From positions 33,255 to 97,254 of the forward strand of contig NMRA01000797.1 in assembly GCA_002633005.1 (NCBI GenBank): a DNA stretch of 64,000 nt. The letters are read 5' to 3'. Position numbers and translations under genes: made by a program. The DNA comes from Phoronis australis. Lineage: Eukaryota; Animalia; Phoronida. Positions 12,989-25,008 of this stretch are shown here, in pieces (position 1 is the stretch's first letter; each line of letters opens with the position of its first letter). Below the pieces are notes generated by a model. That model saw only the letters and a list, made by a program, of their open reading frames with translations, ran no database searches and was not told the DNA's origin.

Positions 12989-13830
12989 ATAGATAAAATT
13001 TGAGTCTCATACTGGAATTTGAAATAAAACTGATTAGAGTTAGCGAAGTTACATACATCTCTCATGGATTTCAGCTTAGCTAGTGATAACTAATAGGTAG
13101 CCTTTTAACCAGATGGCACGGCATTGAGGTCAGTACTCTAACCCATAAGTGTGACGGATGGAACCTTAATCCACCTCGTTTATTAAGAGAGGGACTCTCG
13201 ATTCGTCCATGGAATGCTTCCTTGACATCCCTTCTGAACCAGTCTTCCGCACGGTCTATGATAGTGACATCATCCCAATTGAAATCATGTCCAGTGGCGC
13301 ATAATGTGGCTAAAATAGCCGAGTCATAAGTGTCCCCTTAACTAGAGCGACGATGTTGTGACATGCATTTTAATGCACCTAATAGCTGTCTGAGCACTGG
13401 GGATTCTTGCACTGAAAACCATAGACAAGACATGATTTATTACCCTTGGGGGTCTTGTCCTTGACATTAACGAGTTGGCTGCAGAGAGAATTAAACCGTT
13501 TGTGGATGATAGAAATGTCAAACTGTTTAAATATCCTATTGAAGTGGTCAGAAAGTCCCTGAACGAAGGGAATCAACACACGAGTAGGGGGATTCATAGT
13601 GGTGGTTGTCTGAGTGTTGACTTTTCTCTTCTCTGAACTTCCCCCTATGGTGAACGACCAAAGTGGATAACCGCATTTGCCACCTTTTATCCAGAATAAT
13701 AATGATATTACTAGCCAAGGTGAAATCTGTGACAGACGGACGCAATGTCACTAATTCTAGTAAGTTTTATTTCAAATTCCAGTATTAGATCCATATTTCA
13801 TTTGTTTTCTCAACTGGACTCTTCAAAATC
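12989..13830 (-). mobile_element. Penelope-like retroelement 3' fragment (decayed GIY-YIG endonuclease) with inverted pLTR
   Basis: IPFVQGLSD...VKDKTP...LVY.FQC....C.DSY, WDDVTIIDR..DWFRR.VKEA....IESPSLNKRGG; same pLTR family at both ends in opposite orientation. Confidence 0.85.
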
Positions 13831-16800
13831 TTTGTTTTTAGTTCTTCTAACTGACTTTCGCAGAGAGAGAGGCGGGTGTCATATCAAAATATATCAAATC
13901 TGCCTAACATTGAGAAAGCAACATTGTCATCTCAATACCAACATTCATGAAATTTCATAAATTTCTATGACGGAACTTGGTAGACACAAAGAAAAACGTA
14001 AAGGGGCAATTCCATTTGTGATGGACATAGGAAAATAACTAATACATCACTTGATAGGTCTCACTGACAGCTTTCAAAGCATTATCAACTTTTCCCCTGT
14101 TTTAATCTTACTATGAAAATCGCCTTTAAAGGGGTGTGACGGATGTACGCAGAGAATTTGAATTTTTTGAAAAAAAATTTTTAACGTTAATTTTCTGTGA
14201 GTTGCATTAAGTTACATTTTTGTTTTGTATAATGATATAGTGGAATGTTTGCAAAGTACAACACACTAATTTTTTTGATGATATCTTTCAAGAAATTTTT
14301 GTCAGACAGCTCAATAAAAGCTTAGTTATTGTGACGGACGTACGTGATAGACGTACGGTCTGAATTTCTAGTATTAAATTGTTTGTTGTTACTAAGATAT
14401 CAACTTAGAATGATTCAACCTTTTGCAGCACTTAAAGTCCTTCTCTCAAACTGCCCATGTGGTTCCAGTATCCGAAAATACTTACTACATAAAATCTTAT
14501 TTTCGACACCCTATATTCTTTTCGCCTTTCTTGCCAAAAGTGATTTTTTTAACTGTTACAGTATATGACCCTTCTCTGTTAGCGTATAAGTACCGGCTGT
14601 CATCAGTTATTTCCGTACCCACATTTCGGGCTCATCAGTTCAGGAACTTGTCCTGAACGTCGTCATTTTTTCCTTGTAACTGAATGTGCTATGGCTTGCT
14701 CGAAAAGTCTTCATTATTTTGTTTTATTAGTAATATCTCGTGATTCGTTTGCATATGTAGTGTATTTATAGTTCGTAGTTAGTGGTTCTTGATTTTTTTT
14801 GGAATGTTACGCGTACTTAGTATGTTAAAATAGCATTGGTGTTTAGTTCCTTACGTAGGCCGGTCGAACCTAGGAACCAAATATGAGTCGAACCAATTTT
14901 TTCGGTTTTATTTTGTTTCTCGTTTTGAAAAAGTACTTTGCTATCATCGGAAAGGTAGTGCATTCTACTCAGTAAAAATCGAAAAAGTATCAAAATCCGG
15001 GCAAGCAGTGTAAAGTTATTGCAAGTTTTGTGGCGGAATTTGGGTCACTTTGTTTGGATCGCGTCGGCCATATTGGAGGACAGCGGGATACGTTACGAGT
15101 TTAAAACTTTGTGTAAATTGTTTTCGCCAATACGGTGAAATTTAGTTAGACATATCTTTACTTACTATTCTGCACGATTTAACAGTGTTCACCAAATTTC
15201 AGCCTCACAGTTGTTACTCATTAAGTGATAAATTTTCTCACAATTCCCGTTGGGACTTCGTCTCATTTCTGGCGGCACCAACAACATGGCGACTTTTGCT
15301 GAACTGAAAGGCATGTTCAATCGGCTACTTTGTAATTTGTGAAGATTTAACGTTGATATATTTTGACAAACGTTGCTAAAAAAGAAACTTTGTTCAATTT
15401 TCGTGTTTTTTGTGCAAAAATATAACATGTATTCGAATTATTTTACTGTAAATTTCCCATTCAGGTGATCTTACACTAAGCTAAAAAAATAGTTGAAATA
15501 ATTTTGAAATGGTTTTTTGTTTGACTGTCAACTGCTGTTCAAGACTTGATTCGGTGTCACAAAATGATTCATATTTTTCTAAATTTTAAGCCTCAATTGC
15601 TTTCAAGTCATGTTTTGTAACTTACTGCTTCTTAATTCAGGTTATCAACTCAACAATATGAATAATCTCAATTTGAGAAATAAGCTATGTTGGATTGTGA
15701 AGCTTCAAGCCTCTAATTCTTGTTCCTTGCAACTTCATATTTTTTTAAATGATGCTTGTCAAATTCTGGAGTAAGAAAACACTATTCCGTCATCATGGTA
15801 ATACAGTGCTGATCGAATCCAATGTCCTATCGAACGAACTTCAGCCTCAGTCAGGCCTCGGGTGACCTTCAACCGGAGTGAGGTCAGGCTTCGCCCGGAC
15901 GCGTTCTGAACTCGGTTGGGATGTGACTCACCCTAAGACTGGCCTAGGTTGGACTCGGTTGGACTGCGGTTATTGAGTCATTAAATGTCCGGGGGGTTAC
16001 CCCTGCATATGCTNTAGGCCTACTAACAAGCTGTATAGGCCTACTAACAAGCTGTATTTTGACGATAGTCTTCACTGGTAGCTGGTGACTGAGGCTAACT
16101 AAGGTCTGCCGCGGCAGTGTGACACAGGACTAACCCGGCAGCCTGTAATTTCATGCAAGTGTCTGAAACTACCCTTGAATATATGCAGCACTTATGATTT
16201 GACCATTTTACTTCGACAAAACAGCCAGTGTCTGGTCTCGATCTGCACCGGGTCCGATAGGCTGCGGTCCCGAGTCTGGCAAAATAATTTCTGTCAAAAA
16301 ATTTTCGCCACATTTCTTCAGCAAATTCGATAAAATTGTCCGTAATTCAATGTTTTTTAATTAAAATGTACCGACTGACCTTTCATACAAAATCATCACA
16401 CGTAGGCCTATGCTAGGAGTATACTCTAGGATATTAACTCTTCAACACATTTAATTAAAGATATAAAACAACCACCTAAAATCTTCACTTCCCTTTCAAG
16501 ATGGTAAGCCGTATAGGTGGTAATGAGAATGATAATCACTTTGTACTTGACAGTTACTAGTTATCATGAAAACCTGTTTTATGGGTTAAATAAAATACTC
16601 ATTCAAAACCAATAAGTAAATGTGACTGTCAAAATATAAAATCTGAAGTAAAATTTTAAAATGTTACTAACCACTGTCATAAAAACAGAATTTAATTGTT
16701 TTTCAAATTAGAACTCGCCCTAAGCTTGCATAAAATTATTCTCTGGACCATGTCGTTGATGGTTCTGATGAATGCCATGTAAGTAATAATCATGGGTTTT

Positions 16801-18378
16801 TTTAAAAAGTATTAGTAACAGGACTTCAGTATCTTCTTAAAACAAAGTGTGAAGAATGGTTTAGTAGACAACATCGACTTTTGGCAAACATACTTTGATA
16901 AACATCACCTGTGCTTTCTGTGAAAACAAGACATTTTTTAATAAATTGAATTTAGAATTATGACTTAGGAATATGTAGAATTGACTTTAGTTATCAGATG
17001 TTGGTTTCTATTTAGTGATTAGCATGTATTGATTAGGTTTTAATCCAGCTCTTTAACTCATGCATTCTTTTCAAATTTAAGGAGAGGCTGCTTAAAATAA
17101 TGTCACATGAAAGTACGCACAAGTACAATAAATTATGAATTTCTAGATCCACGATGGCATTTTTTTTTGAGTTTCAAAGAACATTCGGGAAGATATTTGT
17201 TCTTCTCCCAGTTGCTTCTGTTCTGTTGGTGGTCTCCATCAATTTCCTCTTATCGTTTCTAACCACTGATTTAATATCCTAGAAGCTCCGCAGAAAAAAT
17301 TAGTCCAATTTTTAAAAAGATTGAGGGATCAAAAATACGTAAGATGAGACAATGTAATCATTTGCTTTAAAACATTTCATACAAGCCACCCAATGACCCA
17401 ATACACTGAAAAACACAAAAGGGGCAAATACAATCAGTGAGGCTGTGACAAAAATGCTCAATAAAGTAGGTGAAAGGTTCCCACTGCTTAAAAATGCCCA
17501 GTAGAAGCTTTTTCAACACCCAACACAGTATAGCAGGTCAGAGCAGAAATAACATGTGGACTCCAGTGCACGCAATAGCAACTTGACATGTATTCGTTTA
17601 GGTCTCTTGTTATTTATACTCTAGAGTACCTTAGGAATTCTTTTGTATGAAGATTTAGCACCTTGAATTTCCCAATAGCTAACTAAAGCATTTCTTTATA
17701 AACACGGGGTAAGAACAGATAAACAATAAGTTCATTAAATTAGCATTTTGTTTTATTTACATTTTACAATGTGGGCCAACTGTCTGATTTTAATAAGTTG
17801 AATTCTACTAAGATTAACTAGATGACATTGTAAACTATAACTTTTCAGCAAATATTTTTGAAATTGAAAAAATCCCTTGCATTTTGTTTAAATCTGTAGC
17901 AACTTATTCACATAATTTTAAAACTGCCTTTGTAATATTTTATTGTTTTAAATTTGTTAGGTGTTTGATACATTTTCTATTGAGGTAACGCTCAGCATGA
18001 TAGAAGCATTGGTTCACTTGAGCTCCAACTGTTTTGATTTCTGGTCTCTCCCTTTCACAATGCATTTTGATGTGTACCTGTACAGTCTCTTCTCTACCTG
18101 TGTCGCTTGTTTTGTGTTTGTAACTGTTTCCTTGAGAATGGTTTAATGAAATAAACCGAAACTTGGATTGGATAGATATGTCGTTATTTACTTAGGCGCT
18201 AATTTTAAAGTTCGTGCTTTTGTTCTGGCCTAAATCAAATGTGATCATTCTTGAAAGGGTTTCGGAGATACAGCTGCAGTAGATGGCAGAAACACCCAAA
18301 TGCCTAAACCGAGATGAGATCAACATGCACCCACACTGTGTATGTGGGTGCCTTTGCATAGGAAGCATCAATACGTAC

Positions 18379-18460
18379 CAGGCCTGGACAGTGGCTTTTT
18401 ACCTTTCGGTTTTGGCAAATTACTATTGCTGCTGCTGCTGGTTTGACTATCATCTTCAGG
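18379..18460 (-). CDS. SELENOS: Selenoprotein S exon 5, disordered linker (PEDDSQTSSSSNSNLPKPKGKKPLSRP)
   Basis: tttgtttcAG acceptor, G|GTACGT donor, 82 nt phase 0-1; Ser-rich linker and KKPL as in SelS. Confidence 0.9.
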
Positions 18461-19627
18461 CTGAAACAAACGCCAGAAATCAAGGTCAACAATCACAACA
18501 AAATAAAATCTGGATGTAGCACTTGTTACTCAGAACCACAGACTGAAAGAGAGAATTTTTAATTTACAATGGTGTATATTCTGGTTAATGCAGTCTCCAA
18601 TTTGTATGGTCCAGATGTTAACTCCAGTTTTACCTTGCGACCTACATTGTGAATAAAGGAATTGACATTTTTCATTATGACACACAGCACATACCTAACG
18701 GAGGCCAATGAAAAAATTGAACAGAGCATTTTGGGATAAAATTAATAAAATATGGGATGCACTTCACTGTTTGCATCACATAATAGATTTTCACAGCAAG
18801 TATAACCTATTGTCTTGGGTGTAGTAGAAGAAAACTTCTGAAAATAGAATAAATATAGCTCTCATTTACTAAGCAATGGGATAAATAAATAAAAATGTCT
18901 TACTGGTAAGTTAAAAGACTTAAAAAAAACATTTATTTCAACAATGTGATAATAAAGATGTCTGGTTGAGATGTCCACAATATTAACATAACACTAGTAA
19001 AGACATCGGACTTCTTCAGAAGAATAACTGATGAACAGAAAGCTGTCGAGACGATAAAACAACTAACAAAATTTAATGACATTAATGAAAAACTGAAATG
19101 TTGTCTTTTTAAACTTACCAAGATCAACACATTAGCATGGATATGCTGTCATGGTGAATTAAAATGATAAATTTTATGACTTTATTGTCCTCAGAGGTGC
19201 TTTCGAGCACTTACGTAAGTTTCTGCAATACTCATTCGAGTTAACACATAGGACACTACAACGAGAAACTCAAAAATCAAGGGGTGGGCCCGCTTTAAAG
19301 TCAAATGTCTGAGATGGGTGTCAAAGACCCCACTATTCGGGCAAACACCCAGAAAACTACATTTTATATCAGACTCACATGCACTAGTCGACTAAAACTA
19401 GGATAATTATAAGCATTCCATGTCCAAAAAGCTATGGTGGCACTGACACAGACTGTCAGCCAGATTTGCTATCTTTGGGCAAAAAATTGAACGAGACAGA
19501 TGTTCATGAAGAAGGAAGTCTTGATGGTACAGATTCAAGTAATAATGAACTGAAATTTTTCCAAGCCCAGAAGTACTTCTCGTCTGTCAGATAGGACTAA
19601 GTTGAGATCTTTTTTATAGTGGTCAAG

Positions 19628-20099
19628 CAGGCCTTTATCCAGGATTTCGAAAACAGGGTGTCCAAAATGGGGTTCCCAATATTCCAGGGCGTCCATGATT
19701 CTGACGCGTAACCCCCTACCCCCAGCAGTCCCCCCAGACACACACATTTTTAGACCAAGGTTTTTACATTTAAGTTTACAAAACATCCTTCTGTAGTGAG
19801 CATTTTTACTAAAAAACTGTAGACCAAGACTTTTACAATGCTATCAACCAAGTGTGAGCATAGCAACATTGTATATACTTTGTACATACATTGTATATTT
19901 CTTCTTGCTTTGAAAAACAGCCCCCACTGTGAGCCTTCAGAGGCTTCCTAGTATTCAATACAATGTGTGAGTCCAAACTTGAAAGGTTCCTATTGACAGT
20001 GGGCATCCAAATGATACATTGGGCATATTTGCCAGGGCATCCAGATTAGTCCTAGGGCGGCCATTTGGACGCCCATGACATACGCTGCATAAAGGCCTG
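19628..20099 (-). mobile_element. hAT-type MITE copy 1
   Basis: TIR CAGGCCTTTA; perfect 8-bp TSD TGGTCAAG. Confidence 0.9.
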
Positions 20100-22002
20100 T
20101 GGTCAAGTTGTCTAAAAAAAGGTTAGTTTTTGCAGAACGCATTAGTTTGCAGAAACTTTAAGAGTGCAAAAGTGTACCAAAGTTTATCAAATTTTGATTG
20201 GTAGAACTGTACAGTACGCAGATGTGTCCCAACCGATAACTTTTGCTGATAAATTTGAAAAATATAGCTTTGCAGTGAACTTGATCGCAGTACTATTAAC
20301 AATGATGCAGTGTCACCCACTCTAGAGGTGGCTGCTCAATTGATGAGAAGTAATTTCAAATATTAATAAGCCGAAATGTTCAGGCTTCAATGGAAAGTGC
20401 GACATCCTCTTACCATTTTTCTACGGTAAGGAGGCCCTGCACCGGCCCTCTCGCTAGGGTAGAAAAATGCGTAGCAAACATTATGTGCAGTACTTTTCAA
20501 AATGTCAGGCACTCCAATTTGATTAAAGCAACTATCTGCCTTCCATCACAAAAATCATTTTTAATTAGGCCACTTACTATTAAGAAAATGGTATCAAATT
20601 ATGTTGCTTAAAAACAACTGACAGCTGAACATCTTTTGCGAAAAGGCTATACAAATTGACTAGTCACAATTTGATTTTATTTGGCGAGGAAGGACTCTAG
20701 CAATACAACGAAGTGTCAGTAGTTGGCAGGACCAAAAAATCACTTCTCATCTGAGCAAAGAAACAAATCGACATCTGTTTTATAGTGGCAAATAGTCTAA
20801 ATCAAAAATGTATGTTTTAGTTGTGTAAACAATGGTAGGACAACATACTGCACATCCAGCACTCATATTAGAACTTTTTATCAATTTCTTGATGACATTA
20901 TTACAGAGAGACAAGTGCTCGACAAGTGTTGCGCATTGGCTTCGTTAGGAGAGTGGTGCTATATACAGTACTCTTACACTGAATTAAAACCTGGAACTGG
21001 AAAATCACAAGTTGATTAGCTGTCAATGATAAAATCTTATACAAAGAAGCCGCCCTTTGGGGTTTAAAACATTACCATGCTGACATTGGATCTATCAGTA
21101 GCCGAAAGAACCAGCAACTCAGTCACAGGTAGTGCATACACCGCCATTTTCAAAGTCGTAATTTGAAGGGTCACCAACCCCAATAAAACTCTTAAGAATT
21201 TTCTTCTTGAGTTGTTGATGGCTTCAATGTTCTTGTTGACAAAGGAAATGGAATCCTATCACAGTAATCACTATTGTGGGTCTGATTTCATGAAAGTAAC
21301 AGGCCTGATTCCATATTCCATTCCAGCCAACTAAATGGGGCGAAATGAAATTTCACAACACCATGTTAGTAAACATGGGGTTAACATGCATGTGAATCTG
21401 CATGGTAGTTCACAACCACTGTGGCATTAAAACTTACAATTCAAAATGAAGTTTGAATTTTGCCTGTTTGGACAAATGTATTTTAATGAAAAGGCCACCA
21501 CCATATTGTTTGTCTTCACAGTTGCTAGTGGTGTGATATGACCTCTTTCTGTCCTTATTAGCTAACAATTAGTCACAATCTCTTAAAGTAAAACAAATCC
21601 ACTTTGGGAAACCAAAATTCAAACCAAAATTAAATTTTTTTCACTCCAAAAAATGAGAAATTGGTGATTTTGGCATTAACCATATTTCACAAACGTCAGA
21701 CAGTCCGTTCTATATTAATTACATAGTCTGAAAACAGTCCTGGAAGATCATAAGATTGTCAAAGACAGCAGCTAACGCGGCATTTTTATGCATCCCCATA
21801 GAGTGAAACATTGAGGTGAATCGATATCATTGTACCCCTCACACCTTCTTTTTCAAATGAAACCACAGACTGCTACTGAAAAATAGGCATATTCATCTCA
21901 ATGTGAACCTTCAGCTGTGCTACATGGGGTTACTGCACACACTCGTTTCGTGCCGGTTTCCAGTTCTGAGATTAGAAATGCCAGCACTGCGGCTTCAAAG
22001 CA

Positions 22003-22119
22003 TTAAACCACGGCTGTTTTTACACTACTGCTCAACACCTGATTACGAATTGATGCCAGTTGATGCAGTTTTTGCCATCTTTCTAGTAATTCTTGAATTT
22101 CGGATGACCTGAGCATTGC
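22003..22119 (-). CDS. Putative nested gene last exon (AMLRSSEIQELLERWQKLHQLASIRNQVLSSSVKTAVV*)
   Basis: tttttgagatAG acceptor, amphipathic helix resembling ELIE...RAEKLNQL of the 39-kb precursor. Confidence 0.45.
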   Translation of the reverse strand, partial: AMLRSSEIQELLERWQKLHQLASIRNQVLSSSVKTAVV

Positions 22120-22381
22120 CTATCTCAAAAATTTGGTACAAGCTCCAACTTAATCAAATCAATGAGCTATACCAAATAATAGATTGTTCATAGACCAAAC
22201 TGGAGAATGTTTATTGTAGGTAAACAGCCAAAACAAAAATGGACAGTTGCAACAGTAAAGTCACACTTTAACTAGCGTCACCATGCAAAATTTTCAAACA
22301 CTTGATAGACCTAAGTGCTGCCTTTCCTGGACTAATGAAATAAGACTAATGGAAAGAAATTGTGCAATATTTTTTGCACAC

Positions 22382-22401
22382 CTGCGGCAACCTCTCGTTG
22401 T
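22382..22401 (-). CDS. Putative 20-nt micro-exon (D-NERLPQ) of the nested gene
   Basis: Polypyrimidine tract then gAG acceptor (rare type), CAG|GTGTGC donor; converts phase 1 to phase 0 as required; DNERL parallels DSERL of the 39-kb precursor. Confidence 0.35.
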
Positions 22402-22701
22402 CTCATAAAACAAAAAAGACATTAAGATACAATCATGGTGGACTTTAACACCGGCTTCCAAGAAATGTCCCCTACACCAGAACAGCCAGGCCAAATGTTG
22501 AAAATACGGTAAATCAAGAAATCGTGCATTACGTGCTGATAGTAGGCAACTCACGGCGCACTATCAACACTGTGAAAAGGAGTCACTGTTGAAAGCATGT
22601 GTATGGTTAAGGGACAGTGTTTTAAAATTGAGAAGTTAAAGAATACTTAAGGGGTGTAAAGAATATCAAGCGGCAAATTTTGATTGAGGATGCTTACCAT
22701 T

Positions 22702-22900
22702 ACAAGAGCAACGCGGAGCGTTGAAATGCGCCCACAATTGCACCGCATACGGTATCCTTCTAGGGTTGTTTATTGGTACCATAAAGTGGCCAGTAGAGGG
22801 CATACTTTGCAAAATGGAAAGGCATGGTCATTGTCTCCTCAATAGGCTAGGGGCAAAATGTGAGTAATCTTCATAATACAAGCACATCCTATACACCAGT
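22702..22900 (+). mobile_element. Short 5' fragment of the same element
   Basis: ACAAGAGCAACGCGGAGCGTTGAAATGCGCCCAC... then TGGCCAGTAGAGGGCA. Confidence 0.65.
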
Positions 22901-22997
22901 TGCTTAAAGCACCACAGAAACATAGAATTAAAAACAAATTTACCAACATACGAGATTAGCACAGCATTAGAATGCCAGAAACAAATTTCTACTNCAC

Positions 22998-23139
22998 CAG
23001 GAACAGTTGTCAGAGTGCGAGTTGGCACGTCAGGACTTGCATTGGATCGCAAGCTGTCATTTACATGAAGGCTGTCTGTGCAGCATAGACAATAGCAAAG
23101 GCCCACATAAACAATCAAAGTAGCAAATGTCCAAACCAT
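22998..23139 (-). CDS. Putative nested secreted-peptide gene, coding exon 1 (signal peptide MVWTFATLIVYVGLCYCLCCTDS...)
   Basis: ATG at 23139, hydrophobic N-terminus, ends CCTG|GTGnAGT (donor contains an N base), phase 1. Confidence 0.45.
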
Positions 23140-24749
23140 GAGGATTGTTCTGGAATCAAGTGTATGCTTATTTTGTCCCTGTTTATGTTTAGACAATGGT
23201 ATGTATTTGAAACTAGAGCAACACCTCTACTATAACTTGGTCTACCTCTGAAACCAGTGTCAAAAACGACAGCCACACCAACAGCTCTGTGTCAGTCATG
23301 TCTACACACACACACTTGCATCAGATCAGCTGTTCCACGTTTGTTACTCTGTGACATTACTGTCTCCTGTGTAAATGCGCCTAAAGGCAGATGTAGTATT
23401 ATTACAAGAAAGTGACTGTGCACTTTGCTACCTGAAATTAGTTTTCCAAAAAAGTTGAAACCATGTTTCCAAGAAATTTTGTCAATAAATGAGCATTTAC
23501 AAAAACATTAAAGGCACCTCAAAGTACACCACTAAGAGTATCAACAGGATAAACTGGGTGGGCCGCATAACCAAACACATTAGTGCTTAATTATTAAAAG
23601 TGGGACAATTCCAAGTCCAATACAACCGTTCACCCTTAAGTGTGAAACAGACATGTTTACATGAAGATCTGCTCAGGGTGAATAAATAGAGTACAGCAAT
23701 TTTTAACTTATTTTGCACAAAAATAATTGCCAACATTGTCACGATTTTTCATTTCTTCAGAGGCCGATAACTTTGCTAGAAACAAATGTAAATTTTACAA
23801 AATGTTGTCTTATGAAATCTACACTGCACAGACCATGTTAGTAATGGATTAAATATTTTAAATCTCAATTTTTGTGGGGAAATGTGACGGAATAGAAATT
23901 TCATGTGTCGGCCATATTGTGTGCTAAATAAGTGAATAATCACAGCATTCAGTTTCATACATTTGAGATAGAACCACTTGTCGGAGAAGATGAAGTATCG
24001 CAGTGGAATAGGGGGCATTAATTAAACAGCATAGTAAGTATGTATGCACAGAGTATCGTTTAAAATGCACAGCTTCACATCTCGTGCCCACGTGGCTGAC
24101 TGACACTTGCTTGCAATTAGCTTCCTATCTACAAGTGAGTGGTGTGATTTCTGAATGAAAAGGCATTGCAATATAATGAATATTTGCTCTAATGACTGAT
24201 CCAAGTGACATTTGATGCCATTAGATAAAATAAATATTTCATAACTTCTACACCACTAGTGTTGGCATGTTAACTAATCCTAACACTAATAGAAATTATT
24301 TGAGAAAACTATGATTACATACAGCTAAAAGTACAAGTAAAGTCAACAAAGAGCATTTTATTTAATTTCATAATCATATACTTTAAAATTCTTGTCACCA
24401 CTTCGTGAAATTAATTGCTAACATGTACTTCTGCACGGAACTGGCAAAGACCACTAAAAGCCAGAAAATGTTCTTATATTAATCCATTATTTTCAGCATG
24501 ACATGTGGTTTACTAAACCCGAAAAAATAGTACATGCAATGATTTGAAATCCACAGATTAAGATTCTCTCAAGTATTCCAAACCAGTAAATACAACCTAC
24601 ACATTTTCACTTTCCCGCAATCTAGTACGTAAGTTAGATTATCGCTATTCTAAGACCACCGGTGATCAACTTCCTGAGAACCATCTTAGTCCTATAGGCA
24701 TACAGCAACCTGCAGCAAATCACAGGCCCAGAGTGACACATTCATATTC

Positions 24750-25008
24750 AGTTTTGACCAATCATCATGCAGTCCTGCATTGACCAATCACATCCCAGCA
24801 GCCCACTTGCTCAATCAGATGAACAACACAGGCAAGTCGTATGTGGGATGTACCCAGTACATAAGACACTCATTATGACAACTAGGGTAGAATGCTGGTA
24901 ACTCAAGCTTCACACAAGATGGCAGTCCTCTGCGTCATGTAGTAGAAATAGAATATTGAGCAGTAATCAAGAAAATACTCTCAGTGATGACAACACTCAC
25001 AGGTAAGT
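24750..25008 (+). promoter_or_regulatory. Candidate intronic promoter and non-coding first exon
   Basis: Two TGACCAATCA CCAAT boxes (~24756, ~24782), CRE-like TGCGTCA (~24931), consensus donor CAG|GTAAGT at 25003. Confidence 0.35.

Noticed and set aside
22003-22119. Spectrin-repeat exon, or an alternative Sec-less last exon of SELENOS (phase 0 would fit exon 4)
   Set aside because: No other spectrin-like exons found; the signal-peptide plus micro-exon model explains it better, though the alternative-exon option needs RNA-seq to exclude
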